NCBI GenBank assembly: GCA_046052125.1
Contig: JBJOMY010000002.1
Span: forward strand, 224,001 to 288,000
DNA length: 64,000 nt
Direction: 5' to 3'
Origin: Cyanobacteriota bacterium
GTDB taxonomy: Bacteria; Cyanobacteriota; Cyanobacteriia; PCC-6307; Cyanobiaceae
Shown here: piece by piece, positions 29,381-40,701 of the stretch
How the letters are laid out: each line of letters starts with the position of its first letter
Numbering within the stretch: position 1 is the stretch's first letter
The notes under the pieces: generated by a model
Seen by the model: the letters and a program-made list of their open reading frames with translations, nothing else
What the model was told of the DNA's origin: nothing
Database searches by the model: none
Made by a program: the position numbers and the translations under genes

Positions 29381-30376
29381 GTGCTGCTGAGCGATCTGGG
29401 GGAGTGGGAGCTGCTGAGGCGCCTCGCCGCCTTTGCTCCACCCGGCCAGTTCGCGGATGATGCGGCGCTGCTGAGCGAAACCAGCGGCCAGCAGTTGGTG
29501 GTGAACACCGATGTGCTGGTGGAGGGGGTGCACTTCAGCGACGCCACGATCCCAGCCAGAGCCCTGGGCTGGCGAGCCGCAACCGCCAACCTCTCCGACC
29601 TGGCCGCGATGGGGTGCACCTCTGTGGCGGGGATCACCGTGGCCCTGGTGGCCCCCGGCCACACGCCCTGGCCATGGGTGGAAGGGGTGTATCAGGGCTT
29701 GCAGGAGGCACTGCAGCAGTACGGCGGAGTGCTCCTGGGGGGCGACTGCAGCAGCGGCAGCCAACGCCTGCTCTCGATCACGGCCCTCGGGCATCTGGGG
29801 CCAGGAGGAGGGGCGATCCGGCGCAGCGATGGCCGTCCGGGCGACTGGCTGGTGTGCACCGGCCCCCATGGGCTGAGCCGGCTCGGCCTGGCCCTGCTGC
29901 TGGAGGAGCTCCAGCCCAGCCAGCGCAGCCAGCTGAGCACGGGGCTCGAGCAACGGGCGATCGCAGCCCACCAGCGGCCGCTGCCGCGGCTGGATGCGGT
30001 CGCCGCCATCACCACCAGCCAACCCGCAGGCCTCCCCTGGCGCGTGGGCGGCACCGACAGCAGCGATGGGCTGGCGGCAGCGGTGGCCGCCATTGGCGCT
30101 GCCAGCGGCTGCGGTGCGGTGCTTGAGCGAGCAGCCCTGCCGCTGGATCCGGAGCTGGCCGAGCTGGAGCAGGGGGAGCACTGGTGCCTGAGCGGCGGCG
30201 AAGACTTTGAGCTGATCCTGGCGCTGGAACCCGCCTGGGCTGAAGCGCTGCTGCAGGCCTTGCCTGGCTCCACCCGCATCGGAATGCTGGTGAACGCCGA
30301 AGCAGGTGCTCTGCGCTGGCAGGAGAACGACCAGCCCCTTCCAACGGGCAGCACTGGCTTCTGCCATTTCCACTGA
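29381..30376 (+). CDS. thiL: Thiamine-monophosphate kinase
   Basis: LGEWELL, DDAA, TDVLVEGVHF, NLSDLAAMG, GGD, DSSDGL and GGEDFEL. Confidence 0.95.
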   Translation: MLLSDLGEWELLRRLAAFAPPGQFADDAALLSETSGQQLVVNTDVLVEGVHFSDATIPARALGWRAATANLSDLAAMGCTSVAGITVALVAPGHTPWPWVEGVYQGLQEALQQYGGVLLGGDCSSGSQRLLSITALGHLGPGGGAIRRSDGRPGDWLVCTGPHGLSRLGLALLLEELQPSQRSQLSTGLEQRAIAAHQRPLPRLDAVAAITTSQPAGLPWRVGGTDSSDGLAAAVAAIGAASGCGAVLERAALPLDPELAELEQGEHWCLSGGEDFELILALEPAWAEALLQALPGSTRIGMLVNAEAGALRWQENDQPLPTGSTGFCHFH

Positions 30377-30413
30377 GCGCCACCACCACCTGAGCCCAGC
30401 GCGGCAGCACTCA

Positions 30414-30442
30414 TAAAAAAACCGCCCCCCGGAGGGAGCGGC
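30414..30442 (-). terminator. Intrinsic terminator of gap2
   Basis: Minus strand GCCGCTCCC-TCC-GGGGGGCGG hairpin followed by a run of 7 T, 42 nt after the gap2 stop. Confidence 0.85.
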
Positions 30443-30484
30443 TGATGGGGATTTAGATCGAAACCGGCTGAAGCCGGTGAGCGA

Positions 30485-31507
30485 TCACTTCCAGTTCTTG
30501 GCCACGATCTCGGCCAGGTCGACCACGCGCTGGCTGTAGCCCCACTCGTTGTCGTACCAGCAGACGATCTTCACCATGTTGCCGCCCATCACCAGGGTGA
30601 GATCGGCGTCAACGATGGTGCTCTCATCGGTGCCGGCGTGGTCGCTCGACACCAGGGGCAGATCGCAGTACTTGATGATCCCCTTCATGCCGTTCTCGGA
30701 AGCGGCCTTGAGCACGGCATTCACTTCCTCAGCGCTGGTGTCGCGGCCGGTCTCGAACACCATGTCGCACACCGACACGTTGGGGGTGGGGACGCGCAGG
30801 GCGATGCCGCTCAGCTTGCCCTTCACTTCGGGGTACACCAGGGCCACGGCCTTGGCAGCACCGGTGCTGGTGGGAACGATGTTCACGGCTGCAGCGCGGG
30901 CGCGGCGCAGGTCGCGGTGGGCGGCATCGAGGATGCGCTGGTCACCCGTGTAGCTGTGGGTGGTGGTCATCGTGCCCTTCACGATGCCGAAGGCCTGGTC
31001 GATCGTTTTCACGATCGGCGCCATGCAGTTGGTGGTGCAGCTGGCGTTGGACAGGATGTCCCAGTCTTCGTGGCGGTACTGATCGGCGTTCACGCCCACA
31101 ACGAAGGTGCCCACCTTGGCACCCTTACCGGGGGCGGTGAGGATCACTTTCTTGGCTCCGGCCTCGAAGTGCTTGCTGGCGCCCACGTCATCGTTGAACA
31201 CGCCGGTGGACTCGATCACCAGATCCACGCCCCACTCCTTCCAGGGGAGGTTGGCGGGGTTGCGGTCGTAGAAGGTTTTGATCGTTTTGCCGTTGACGAC
31301 GATGGTGTCGTCGGTGGTGGTCACCTCTGCGTTGCGCAGGGGGCCAAGCATCGAGTCGTACTTGAGCAGGTGAGCGTTGGTGTAGGTGTCACCGGAACCG
31401 TTGATGCCCACCAACTCGATGCCGGTGTTGGCTCCACGGCTGAGCCAGCAACGCATGAAGTTGCGACCGATACGGCCGAATCCATTGATCGCAACCTTGA
31501 TTGTCAT
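30485..31507 (-). CDS. gap2: Glyceraldehyde-3-phosphate dehydrogenase (Calvin-cycle NAD(P) type)
   Basis: [43 protein letters not shown] (GapA/Gap2-type S-loop) and WYDNEWGYS. Confidence 0.93.
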   Translation of the reverse strand: MTIKVAINGFGRIGRNFMRCWLSRGANTGIELVGINGSGDTYTNAHLLKYDSMLGPLRNAEVTTTDDTIVVNGKTIKTFYDRNPANLPWKEWGVDLVIESTGVFNDDVGASKHFEAGAKKVILTAPGKGAKVGTFVVGVNADQYRHEDWDILSNASCTTNCMAPIVKTIDQAFGIVKGTMTTTHSYTGDQRILDAAHRDLRRARAAAVNIVPTSTGAAKAVALVYPEVKGKLSGIALRVPTPNVSVCDMVFETGRDTSAEEVNAVLKAASENGMKGIIKYCDLPLVSSDHAGTDESTIVDADLTLVMGGNMVKIVCWYDNEWGYSQRVVDLAEIVAKNWK

Positions 31508-31573
31508 GGCGTTGCGCGGGGAAGCCCGCTAGCAAGGGGGATTTGGCCGCCGATCATACAGAGATCAAAGTGA

Positions 31574-31591
31574 TGTCCCCATCTGGGGACA
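31574..31591. promoter_or_regulatory. Perfect palindrome overlapping the predicted gap2 -35 region
   Basis: TGTCCCCA-TC-TGGGGACA. A minus-strand -10 TATGAT lies at 31558-31553. Confidence 0.45.
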
Positions 31592-31710
31592 AGGGCCTCC
31601 GGCGGGGCCTGAACACCCGGAAGAACCTCTCAAAACCCTCTCAAACAGACCGATCCGGGCAGACAAGGGGGGCTTCCCGGCTTACCGTCAGCCCAGGCTT
31701 GGACACGCCC

Positions 31711-33153
31711 TTGGCCCAACAGCTCGATCGCCGTCAACCCCTCCATTTCATTGGAGTTGGCGGGATCGGCATGTCAGCGATTGCGGGGATCCTGGCGGAT
31801 CGGGGCTATCAGGTGAGTGGTTCCGACCCGCGCGACAACGCGGTACTGCAGGACCTGCGCAGCCGCGGCGTGCGCGTGTTCCGTGAACAGAGCGCCACCA
31901 CCATCGCCGCGATCCGCAGCGGCACCTCCACCCAGCCGCTGGTGGTGGTGAGTTCGGCCGTGCCCCCCACCAATCCCGAACTGCAGGAAGCGCGCCGGGC
32001 CGGGCTGGAGATCGCCCACCGCTCCGATGTGCTCGCCGCCCTGATCGCATGCCAGAACTCCGTAGCCGTGGCCGGCAGCCATGGCAAAACCACCACCAGC
32101 ACCCTGGTGGCCAGCCTTCTTCACGCCACCAACCACGACCCCACTGCCGTGATCGGCGGCGTGGTGCCCGCCTTCGGCAGCAATGGCCGCAACGGCAAGG
32201 GCGCGCTGCTGGTGGCGGAAGCCGATGAATCCGACGGCACCCTGGTGAAGTTCCAGGCCTGGCTGGGGGTGATCACCAACCTGGAGCTGGATCACACCGA
32301 CCACTACGCCGATCTGGCTGCCCTGATCGGCACGCTGCAGCGCTTCGGCCGCGGCTGTGAGCAGCTGCTGGCCAACCGCGACTGCCCCATCCTCCGGGAA
32401 CACTTCAACGCCAGCCACTGGTGGTCGACCACCAACCCCGAGGGGGTGGATTTCGCGGCCATTCCGGTGGAGCTGAGCGGCGAGCGCACCGTGGCTGAGT
32501 TCTACGAACAAGGCCAGCTGATCGGCACGTTCAACCTGCCGCTCCCTGGCCTTCACAATCTCAGCAATGCCACCGCAGCGATGGCCACCTGCCGGCTGCA
32601 CGGGGTGTCGTTCGCTGAGCTGCGGCAGGCGGTGGAGGGGCTGCAGGCGCCCGGACGGCGCTTCGACTACCGCGGCACCTGGTGTGAGCGGCAAGTGGTG
32701 GACGACTACGCCCACCACCCCAGCGAAGTGGGGGCCACCCTGGCCACGGCCCAGCTGATGGTGAGCAGCGGCCGCAGCCCGCTGCCAGAGGCGCCCCAGC
32801 GCCTGCTGGCGGTGTTCCAACCCCACCGCTACAGCCGCACCGCCGAATTCCTCGAACCCTTCGCCGAGGCCCTCTGCCAGGCCGATGAAGTGGTGCTAGC
32901 GCCGCTCTACGCCGCCGGTGAAGCGCCGATCGTGGGAATCTCCAGCCATGCCCTGGCCGAGGCCATCCGCCGGACGCGGCCCAACCTCAGCGTGACGGTG
33001 ACCGACAGCATTGAGGAGCTCGCCGATGCAGTGGCTGAGCGCAGCCTGCCGGGCGATCTGGTGCTGGCCATGGGGGCCGGCGATGTGAATGGCCTTTGGG
33101 GGCGCCTGCAGAACCGAGAAGACCCCCTCGCCATGTTTCCCTTAGCCGCTTGA
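31711..33153 (+). CDS. murC: UDP-N-acetylmuramate--L-alanine ligase
   Basis: [32 protein letters not shown] and [11 protein letters not shown] start is either 31699 or 31711. Confidence 0.96.
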   Translation: MAQQLDRRQPLHFIGVGGIGMSAIAGILADRGYQVSGSDPRDNAVLQDLRSRGVRVFREQSATTIAAIRSGTSTQPLVVVSSAVPPTNPELQEARRAGLEIAHRSDVLAALIACQNSVAVAGSHGKTTTSTLVASLLHATNHDPTAVIGGVVPAFGSNGRNGKGALLVAEADESDGTLVKFQAWLGVITNLELDHTDHYADLAALIGTLQRFGRGCEQLLANRDCPILREHFNASHWWSTTNPEGVDFAAIPVELSGERTVAEFYEQGQLIGTFNLPLPGLHNLSNATAAMATCRLHGVSFAELRQAVEGLQAPGRRFDYRGTWCERQVVDDYAHHPSEVGATLATAQLMVSSGRSPLPEAPQRLLAVFQPHRYSRTAEFLEPFAEALCQADEVVLAPLYAAGEAPIVGISSHALAEAIRRTRPNLSVTVTDSIEELADAVAERSLPGDLVLAMGAGDVNGLWGRLQNREDPLAMFPLAA

Positions 33154-34067
33154 GCCCCGCAACACCGCTCGCTCTGCGCCGCGCCGTCGCCCTGGCGGAC
33201 TACACCACCTGGCGGGTGGGCGGCCCGGCCCAGTGGTTTGCCGAGCCCGACAGCAGCGGCCAGTTGCAAGCCCTGCTGCAGTGGGCCCAGGCCGAGGGGC
33301 TCGAGGCACGGGTGATCGGCGCCGGCTCCAACCTGCTAGTGAGCGATGCGGGCCTCGACGGCCTCACCCTCTGCAACAGGCGTCTGCAAGGGGCCGAGCT
33401 GGACGCCAGCGCCGGGCTAATCGAAGCCCAGGCCGGTGAACCGATTCCGAGCCTGGCGCGCCGGGCCGCAAGGGCGGGGCTCTCCGGCCTGGAATGGTCG
33501 GTGGGGATTCCAGGCACCGTTGGCGGCGCCGCCGTGATGAATGCCGGAGCCCAGGGGGGCTGCACCGCCGATGTGCTCGAAAGCGTCACGGTGATCGAAC
33601 CGCACCGGCCCGATCACCCCTTCGAGCTCAGCAACCGCGAGCTCAACTTCGCCTACCGCCACAGCCGCCTACAAGACGAGCCCCTGGTGGTGCTCTCGGC
33701 TCGCTTCCGGTTGCAGGCCGGCCAGGATCCCGCCGAGCTGAGCCGCCGCACCAGCGCCAACCTGCACAGCCGCACCAGCACCCAGCCCTATCAGCAGCCC
33801 AGCTGCGGCAGCGTGTTCCGGAACCCTGAGCCCCAGAAAGCCGGGCAGCTGATCGAGGGCATGGGCCTCAAGGGCCTGAGCATCGGCGGCGCCCAGGTGT
33901 CGCCGATTCACGCCAACTTCATCGTGAACACCGGTGGCGCCACCGCCAGCGAGATCGATCAGCTGATTGCCCGGGTGCAGCAACAGGTGCAGGCCAGCCA
34001 TGGCATCACCCTCCACACCGAAGTGAAGCGGCTGGGGCCCTTTGAGGGCATCGCCCTGGCGGCCTGA
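33150..34067 (+). CDS. murB: UDP-N-acetylenolpyruvoylglucosamine reductase
   Basis: [37 protein letters not shown] and HANF. TTGA overlap with the murC stop. Confidence 0.96.
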   Translation: MSPATPLALRRAVALADYTTWRVGGPAQWFAEPDSSGQLQALLQWAQAEGLEARVIGAGSNLLVSDAGLDGLTLCNRRLQGAELDASAGLIEAQAGEPIPSLARRAARAGLSGLEWSVGIPGTVGGAAVMNAGAQGGCTADVLESVTVIEPHRPDHPFELSNRELNFAYRHSRLQDEPLVVLSARFRLQAGQDPAELSRRTSANLHSRTSTQPYQQPSCGSVFRNPEPQKAGQLIEGMGLKGLSIGGAQVSPIHANFIVNTGGATASEIDQLIARVQQQVQASHGITLHTEVKRLGPFEGIALAA

Positions 34068-34108
34068 GCAGCACCACGTAGCCTGCCGCCAGCACAGATC
34101 TCGCCCCC

Positions 34109-34447
34109 ATGGCCGGCTTCGGACTCCCCAACTTCGGCCAGCTCACCGAGGCCTTCAAAAAGGCCCAACAGATCCAGCAAGACGCCGCCAAGCTCCAGGA
34201 GGAGCTCGACGCCATGGAGCTGGAAGGCACCAGCAGCTGCGGCCGCGCCAGCGTGTGGCTCTCAGGTAACCAGCAACCCTTGAAGGTGCGCCTCGACCCC
34301 GCCCTGCTGGCCGAGGGGGCTCCCGCCGCAGAAGCAGCCACCCTCGATGCCCTCAAAGCCGCCTACGAGCTCTCCACCGGCACGATGAAGCAGCGCATGG
34401 AAGAGCTCACCGGTGGGCTCAATCTCAATCTGCCCGGCCTGGGCTGA
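34109..34447 (+). CDS. YbaB/EbfC nucleoid-associated protein
   Basis: [18 protein letters not shown]...SGNQQP...MEELTGGL. Confidence 0.9.
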   Translation: MAGFGLPNFGQLTEAFKKAQQIQQDAAKLQEELDAMELEGTSSCGRASVWLSGNQQPLKVRLDPALLAEGAPAAEAATLDALKAAYELSTGTMKQRMEELTGGLNLNLPGLG

Positions 34448-34456
34448 GCCCGAGGC

Positions 34457-35470
34457 TCACTCCGCCTCGTCAGGCTCGTTCTGGCGCTGGCGCCGGCGCG
34501 ACACCTGCCGCAAGCGTTGATCCAGCAGCGGCTCGCGGCGGCTACCGCGCTGCTTGATGCCAGCGGTGTCGGCAGGGCGGGATCGCTCGCGGGCCACTTG
34601 GGCCTGCACCGCCTCCAAGCAGCTCCCATAAAGGGGGAAACGATCCCAGTCGCTGCCCACGGCGCAGCCGGGATCGTCCTGGTGCAGGCAATTCTTGAAA
34701 CGGCAAACGCCCGTTGCCAGCCGCTGCCGAATCTCCGGAAACAGCGGACCCAACGCCACGGGATCGGCCGGTAGATCGGGGCGGTTGAACCCTGGCGTGT
34801 CGGCCAACAGGGCTCCCGGGGCCAGAGGGAACAGCTCCACGTGGCGCGTAGTGTGTCGACCGCGCTGCAGCCGGCCCGACACGGCACTCACCCGCAGGGC
34901 CAGCTCTGGCACCAGGGCATTGATCAGGCTGCTCTTGCCCACGCCAGAGGGGCCGCAGAGCACGGCGATCCCGGGCTGGGTGAGGCGCTCCCGCAAAGCA
35001 GCGATGCCCTCCCCTTGCTGCGACGACACCAGCAGCGGCTCGTAGCCCCAGCCCCGCAACCGTTCGCGCCAGGTCTCCTGATCAGCCGCACTGAGCAGAT
35101 CGGCCTTGGTGAGCACCAGCTCCACGGCCACACCGGTGCGCTCGGCAGTGAGCAGAAAGCGGGTGAGCTGCAGTGGATCGAGCTGGGGTTGCTCCAGCGC
35201 CACCGCCACCACCACCCGGCTGCAGTTGGCCACCGCCGGACGCTCCAACAGGCTGCTGCGCGGTTCGAGAGCAGCCACGGCACCGCGGGCCTCAGGCCAG
35301 TCGATCCCATCGATCTGCACCCGATCACCCACACAGATCTGCTGGCCGGTTTTGCCCAAACGGGTGCGGCGCACGCACAGCAGATGCTCGATCCCGCCGG
35401 GACCGGGTTGATCGAGCTGCACGCGGCAGAAGTTGGCCTCCAGGGCCATCACCCGGGCCGCTTCAGCCAA
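34457..35470 (-). CDS. rsgA: Ribosome small subunit-dependent GTPase A
   Basis: VGDRV, RPAVAN, TKAD, GPSGVGKSS, GRHTT, DTPG and the CRFKNCLHQDDPGC zinc site. Confidence 0.95.
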   Translation of the reverse strand: MAEAARVMALEANFCRVQLDQPGPGGIEHLLCVRRTRLGKTGQQICVGDRVQIDGIDWPEARGAVAALEPRSSLLERPAVANCSRVVVAVALEQPQLDPLQLTRFLLTAERTGVAVELVLTKADLLSAADQETWRERLRGWGYEPLLVSSQQGEGIAALRERLTQPGIAVLCGPSGVGKSSLINALVPELALRVSAVSGRLQRGRHTTRHVELFPLAPGALLADTPGFNRPDLPADPVALGPLFPEIRQRLATGVCRFKNCLHQDDPGCAVGSDWDRFPLYGSCLEAVQAQVARERSRPADTAGIKQRGSRREPLLDQRLRQVSRRRQRQNEPDEAE

Positions 35471-35726
35471 GGCGTTGAATCAGCAAGCGCACGGCACCGG
35501 AGTCCAGCGGTTCGAGCTCCACCCGGTGGCCGGCCTCCCGCAGGCCCGAGGCCACCAGCTGCTCAGGCTCTCCGGGATCGAGATCCACCTGCAACCAGGC
35601 GCCGGGATCGACCTTCTCGAGCGCCAGCTTGCTGCGGATGAAGTTGAGCGGGCAGGGGGTGCCGCGCAGGTCGAGCTGAGCGGTGGGGAGTTGGCCAGAC
35701 CCAGGGGTAGTGGAGTCGGAGCTCAC
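35463..35726 (-). CDS. TusA/SirA-family sulfur carrier protein
   Basis: LDLRGTPCPLNFIRSKLALE motif. Lies between dnaJ and rsgA. Confidence 0.85.
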   Translation of the reverse strand: MSSDSTTPGSGQLPTAQLDLRGTPCPLNFIRSKLALEKVDPGAWLQVDLDPGEPEQLVASGLREAGHRVELEPLDSGAVRLLIQRLG

Positions 35727-35733
35727 GGGCTGA

Positions 35734-36861
35734 TCACCCGAACAAGCCGCCGAACAGGCCGCTCTTGTGGGGATGTTTCTGCCCCTTGGCGGTGTGATGG
35801 CCGGCCAACTGCTCGAGCAGCTCCTTCTCATCGCGGCTCACCTTGGTGGGCAGCTGCACCTTGATCGCGATCAGGTGGTTGCCACGTGCCACAGGGTTGC
35901 CCAGCTTGGGCACACCCTTGCCCGTGAGGGTGAGCACGGCCCCAGGCTGGGTGCCGGCCGGAATCTCCAGCTGCTCGGGGCCATCCACGGTTTCCACCTC
36001 GATCGTGTCGCCGAGGATCGCCTGGAGGTAGTTCACCACCACCTCGGAATGGATGTTGATGCCGTCGCGGCGCAGCTGCGGATGCGACTGCACGGTGAGG
36101 AACACATACAGATCTCCGGCAGGACCGCCCCGCTGGCCGGCGTTGCCCTCATTGGCCACCCGCAGACGGGTGCCGGTGTCGACCCCGGCGGGGATGTTGA
36201 TCCGCAGCTTCTTGCGCACCTGCTGCAGTCCTTGGCCACCGCAGGCATTGCAGGGATCGGCGATCACCTGACCGGTGCCTTCGCAGGTGGGGCAGGGGGC
36301 CACCTGGGTGAAGCTGCCGAAGGGGGTGCGGGTGGCACGGCGCACCTGACCGGCCCCACCGCAGGTGCCGCAGCTGGTGGGGCCGCTGCCGCTCTTGGCA
36401 CCGGAGCCGTTGCAGGTGTTGCAGGTTTCCAGGTGGCGGATCTGGATCTCCTTCTCCTGCCCGAACACCGCTTCGCTGAAGCTCACGGTGAGGTCGAAGC
36501 GCAGGTCGTCGCCCTGGCGGGGCCCGCGGCGACGGGCCCCGCCACCACCGGGGCCGCCCATGCCACCGCCGAAGCCGCTGAAGAAGGTTTCGAACAGATC
36601 GGCGAAGCCGCCCATATCGCCCATATCGGGCATGCCGGCAGCACCACCAAGACCCGCCTCGCCGAACTGGTCGTAGCGAGAGCGGGTCTGGGGATCGCTC
36701 AGCACCTCATAGGCGCGGCCGATCTCCTTGAACTTGTCTTCGGCGCCGGGTTCCTTGTTGATATCCGGGTGGTACTGGCGTGCCAGACGCCGGTAGGCCC
36801 GCTTGAGGGTGTCGGCGTCGGCGTCGCGGGCAACCCCCAGCAGGTCGTAGTAGTCGGCCAT
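35734..36861 (-). CDS. dnaJ: Chaperone DnaJ (class A)
   Basis: HPD J-domain, G/F-rich region and four CxxCxGxG repeats. Confidence 0.98.
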   Translation of the reverse strand: MADYYDLLGVARDADADTLKRAYRRLARQYHPDINKEPGAEDKFKEIGRAYEVLSDPQTRSRYDQFGEAGLGGAAGMPDMGDMGGFADLFETFFSGFGGGMGGPGGGGARRRGPRQGDDLRFDLTVSFSEAVFGQEKEIQIRHLETCNTCNGSGAKSGSGPTSCGTCGGAGQVRRATRTPFGSFTQVAPCPTCEGTGQVIADPCNACGGQGLQQVRKKLRINIPAGVDTGTRLRVANEGNAGQRGGPAGDLYVFLTVQSHPQLRRDGINIHSEVVVNYLQAILGDTIEVETVDGPEQLEIPAGTQPGAVLTLTGKGVPKLGNPVARGNHLIAIKVQLPTKVSRDEKELLEQLAGHHTAKGQKHPHKSGLFGGLFG

Positions 36862-36864
36862 CGA

Positions 36865-37557
36865 TCAGGCCTCATGCTCGGCGGGCTGCGCTTCGGCAGG
36901 GGGTTCGCAGGCAGGAGCGGCCTCGGCACCGCTGGGGCCGGGGCCCATCGACACCTTCACCAGCGCGTGCCGCAGCACGCGGCCATTGAGGTGGTAGCCG
37001 CGCTGCAGCTCAGCGATCACCACGTCCTCGTGATGTTCATCGCTGGGCTCGCGCAGCACCGCTTCATGCAGGCTGGGGTCGAAGGGTTCGCCCTCCACCC
37101 GCATCGGCGAAACGCCCAGCTGCTTGAACACATCAACCAGCTGCTTGTAGAGGCCCTGGTAGCTGCGGTGGATGGTCTGGGCTTCTTCTGCCTGGGGCTC
37201 GAGCTGCTGGCGGGCCCGCTCGAAGTTGTCCACCACCGGCAGGATCTCGCTGAGGGTGCTGCAGGCGATCTGCACGCGCAGGTCGTCCTGATCGCGGCTC
37301 TGACGCTTGCGGAAGTTATCGAAGTCGGCGGCGATGCGCATGTATTGGCTGCGCACCGTTTCGTGCTCGGCCTTCAGGGCGTCGAGCTCGGCCTCCAGCT
37401 CCCGCACCCGCTGCTCGGGATCGGCGCTGGGGGCAGAGGATTCAGGGGCTGCCTCAGCCGCCGGAGCCTGATCGGCCACCACCTCAGCGGGGGCATCACC
37501 AGGAGTCTTGAGGGTGTCGGCGGATTCCTGGGGGAAAGGGGTCGCTTCGCCGCTCAT
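36865..37557 (-). CDS. grpE: Nucleotide exchange factor GrpE
   Basis: [28 protein letters not shown] and [16 protein letters not shown]. Confidence 0.97.
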   Translation of the reverse strand: MSGEATPFPQESADTLKTPGDAPAEVVADQAPAAEAAPESSAPSADPEQRVRELEAELDALKAEHETVRSQYMRIAADFDNFRKRQSRDQDDLRVQIACSTLSEILPVVDNFERARQQLEPQAEEAQTIHRSYQGLYKQLVDVFKQLGVSPMRVEGEPFDPSLHEAVLREPSDEHHEDVVIAELQRGYHLNGRVLRHALVKVSMGPGPSGAEAAPACEPPAEAQPAEHEA

Positions 37558-37652
37558 GCTGACCGAACCGGAGATCTGATCTAGACATGTTGGTGTGAAG
37601 GGGCTCCCCCCCACAAGCGGCGGAAGCCCGCACCTCCTGTGCCCGCCCGCCG

Positions 37653-39521
37653 ATGACCCTCACCCCCACGAGGCCCGTACCGGCCGCGGCCACGGCCGAT
37701 CAACAGCGGCTGGAGGTGGAGCTGCTCCTTGGGGAGGCGGTGCTGACCCGCCAGGAGCGGCAGTTCGCCGGCGAGGAGCGCTGGCAGTGGGCCCAGGCGT
37801 TTTCGCGTGAACGCTGCCGCGAACTGAGCTGTTTGCCGGTGGCCCACAGCAATGGGCAGCTCACTGTGGCCATCCCGAGCCACTGGGGAGCGCAGCAACG
37901 CCACAACCTGGAACAGATCGCCGCCGCTGCCGCGATCCCGATCCAGCTGCGCCTGGCCCTGCCCGATGAGCTGGAGGCCGCGCTGCAGAGCGCAGGACCC
38001 ACCTCCAGCACCACTGCAACCGCCACCAGCTCTCCAACCCCTCCGCCCGCGCCGCAACCTGCGCCCAGCGCACCGCCGGCCCGCGCCGTGGCGACAGCCA
38101 CAGCGACTCCCTCGCTGGTGGACGACCTGCAACTAGAGGGGAGCGTGGAAGAGGTCCCCGCCGACACCCTCAGCGACCTCGACCTGGAGGCCACCCTCTC
38201 CGCCTCCAACGCCTCGCCGGTGGTGAGCCTGGTGGACCGGATTCTGGTGCAGGCCCTGGAGCGCAGCGCCAGCGACATCCACCTGGAACCCCAGGACGAT
38301 GGCTTAGTGATCCGTCTGCGGCAGGACGGCGTGCTCGAGCAGCTCGACAAGCTGCCGAAGAACCTCACCCCTGCGGTGACCTCCCGCCTCAAGATCATGG
38401 CGGACCTGGACATCGCCGAACGTCGCCTGCCCCAGGACGGGCGCATCCGGCGCCGCTACCAGGGCAAGCTCTTCGACCTGCGGGTCAGCACCCTGCCCAC
38501 CCGCTACGGCGAGAAGGTGTGCATGCGCCTGCTCGACAGTGGCACCACCCACCTGGGGCTCGATCGGCTGATCACCGACCCAGCGGCCCTGGCCAGCGTG
38601 CGCGAGATGGGCGGCAAACCCTTCGGGATGCTGCTGGTCACGGGCCCCACCGGCTCTGGCAAGAGCACCACGCTCTATTCCCTGCTGGCGGAGCGGAACG
38701 ACCCGGGCGTGAACATCTCCACGGTGGAGGACCCGATCGAATACACGCTCAAGGGCATCTCCCAGACCCAGGTGAACCGGGAGAAGGGCTACGACTTCGC
38801 CCTGGCCCTGCGGGCCTTCATGCGTCAGGACCCGGACGTGCTGCTGGTGGGGGAGACCCGCGACCAGGAAACCGCCAAAACCGCCATTGAGGCGGCCCTC
38901 ACCGGTCACCTGGTGCTCACAACCCTGCACTGCAACGACGCCCCCAGCGCCATCGCCCGCCTGTCAGAGATGGGGGTGGAGCCGTTCATGGTGAGCGCCT
39001 CGCTGATGGGGATCGTGTCGCAACGGCTGGTGCGGCGGGTGTGCCCCGATTGCCGCCAGCCGTATCACCCGAGCGAGCAGGAGCTAGGGCGCTTCGGCCT
39101 GTTCGCCAGCAACGAGCAATCGATCACCTTCTTCAAGGCTCGCCGCCAGCGCGACGAGGGCGAAGCGGTGTGCCCCAGCTGCCAGGGCCTGGGTTACCGC
39201 GGCCGGGTGGGGGTCTACGAGGTGCTGCGCATCAACGAAACCCTGGCCACCGCCATCGCCCAGCAGGCAAGCACCGATCGGATCCGCAAGCTAGCGATCG
39301 AATCGGGCATGAAGACCCTGCTCGGCTACGGCCTCGATCTGGTGCGCCAGGGCCACACCACCCTCGAGGAGATCGAGCGCATGATCCTCACGGATTCCAG
39401 CCTGGAATCAGAGCGGCGAGCCAAGGCGCTACACACCATCACCTGCGGCGGCTGTGGTGCCGGCATGCGCGATGAATGGCTGGAATGCCCCTACTGCCTC
39501 ACGCCACGGGGGCTGAGCTGA
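37653..39521 (+). CDS. pilB: Type IV pilus assembly ATPase PilB
   Basis: [35 protein letters not shown] and a C-terminal CxxC..CPYC tail. Confidence 0.92.
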   Translation: MTLTPTRPVPAAATADQQRLEVELLLGEAVLTRQERQFAGEERWQWAQAFSRERCRELSCLPVAHSNGQLTVAIPSHWGAQQRHNLEQIAAAAAIPIQLRLALPDELEAALQSAGPTSSTTATATSSPTPPPAPQPAPSAPPARAVATATATPSLVDDLQLEGSVEEVPADTLSDLDLEATLSASNASPVVSLVDRILVQALERSASDIHLEPQDDGLVIRLRQDGVLEQLDKLPKNLTPAVTSRLKIMADLDIAERRLPQDGRIRRRYQGKLFDLRVSTLPTRYGEKVCMRLLDSGTTHLGLDRLITDPAALASVREMGGKPFGMLLVTGPTGSGKSTTLYSLLAERNDPGVNISTVEDPIEYTLKGISQTQVNREKGYDFALALRAFMRQDPDVLLVGETRDQETAKTAIEAALTGHLVLTTLHCNDAPSAIARLSEMGVEPFMVSASLMGIVSQRLVRRVCPDCRQPYHPSEQELGRFGLFASNEQSITFFKARRQRDEGEAVCPSCQGLGYRGRVGVYEVLRINETLATAIAQQASTDRIRKLAIESGMKTLLGYGLDLVRQGHTTLEEIERMILTDSSLESERRAKALHTITCGGCGAGMRDEWLECPYCLTPRGLS

Positions 39522-39604
39522 AACAGGGGTCCATGCCGCAGCGGCGCCATTGCCGCCACGATCCGCCGCACCCACACTGACGGCAGGCAGGGCACAGCAG
39601 CGGC

Positions 39605-40687
39605 ATGGAGCTCCAGATCGAGCAGCTGATGGAGGAGCTGGTGCAGCAGGGCGGCAGTGATCTGCACCTGGCCGCGGGCCAGCCCCCCTACGGCCGCTTC
39701 AGCGGGGTGCTGCGCTCGATGCGCGAAGAGAAGCTCAGCGAAGACCAGTGCAACCGCCTGATCTTCTCGATGATCAACAACGCCCAGCGCAAGCAGCTGG
39801 AGCAAACCTGGGAGCTCGACTGCGCCTACGGCCTGCGGGGTGTGTCGCGCTTCCGGGTGAACGTGTACCGCCAGCGCGGCAGCTACGCCGCCTGCCTGCG
39901 GGCTCTGGGCAGCACGATTCCCAGCCTGGAGAGCCTTGAGCTGCCGCCGGTGGTGGAGGAAACCAGCCGCCGGCCTCGGGGCCTGATCCTGGTGACCGGG
40001 CCCACGGGATCAGGCAAGACCACCACCCTGGCGGCGCTGCTGGATCACATCAACCGCAGCCGCGCCGAGCACATCCTCACGATCGAAGACCCGATCGAAT
40101 TCACCTACCGCAATGAGCAGAGCGTGATCCACCAGCGCCAGCTGGGGGAAGACACCCGCAGCTTCGCCGCCGCCCTGCGCGCTGCCCTGCGCGAAGACCC
40201 CGACGTGATCCTGGTGGGGGAGATGCGCGATCTGGAAACGATCCAGCTGGCGATCACGGCCGCGGAAACGGGGCACCTGGTGTTCGGCACCCTGCACACC
40301 AGCTCCGCCGCACAGACGGTGGATCGCATGGTGGACGTGTTCCCCGCCGAGCAACAGACCCAGATCCGCGTTCAGCTGAGCGGCTCGCTGGTGGGCGTGT
40401 TCTCCCAGACCCTCTGCAAACGGCTCAACCCCAGACCGGGCCAGTTCGGGCGGGTGATGGCCCAGGAGATCCTGATCAACACCCCCGCCATCGCCAACCT
40501 GATCCGCGAGGGCAAAACAGCGCAGCTCTATTCGCAGATCCAGACCGGCGGCCAGCAGGGCATGCAGACCCTGGAGCGGGCCCTGGCCAATCTCGTGGTG
40601 CAGGGATCGGTGAGCCGCGAGGAGGCGATGGCCAAAGCGAGCAAACCGGAGGAGCTGGGCCGCCTGCTCGACGGCCAGAGCGGCTGA
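39605..40687 (+). CDS. pilT: Type IV pilus retraction ATPase PilT
   Basis: SDLHL, GPTGSGKTTT, LREDPD, GTLHT, AIANLIRE and GMQT. Confidence 0.96.
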   Translation: MELQIEQLMEELVQQGGSDLHLAAGQPPYGRFSGVLRSMREEKLSEDQCNRLIFSMINNAQRKQLEQTWELDCAYGLRGVSRFRVNVYRQRGSYAACLRALGSTIPSLESLELPPVVEETSRRPRGLILVTGPTGSGKTTTLAALLDHINRSRAEHILTIEDPIEFTYRNEQSVIHQRQLGEDTRSFAAALRAALREDPDVILVGEMRDLETIQLAITAAETGHLVFGTLHTSSAAQTVDRMVDVFPAEQQTQIRVQLSGSLVGVFSQTLCKRLNPRPGQFGRVMAQEILINTPAIANLIREGKTAQLYSQIQTGGQQGMQTLERALANLVVQGSVSREEAMAKASKPEELGRLLDGQSG

Positions 40688-40701
40688 GCTGAGCCAACCC
40701 C

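Noticed and set aside
37558..37652. CIRCE element upstream of grpE-dnaJ
   Set aside because: No TTAGCACTC-N9-GAGTGCTAA match.
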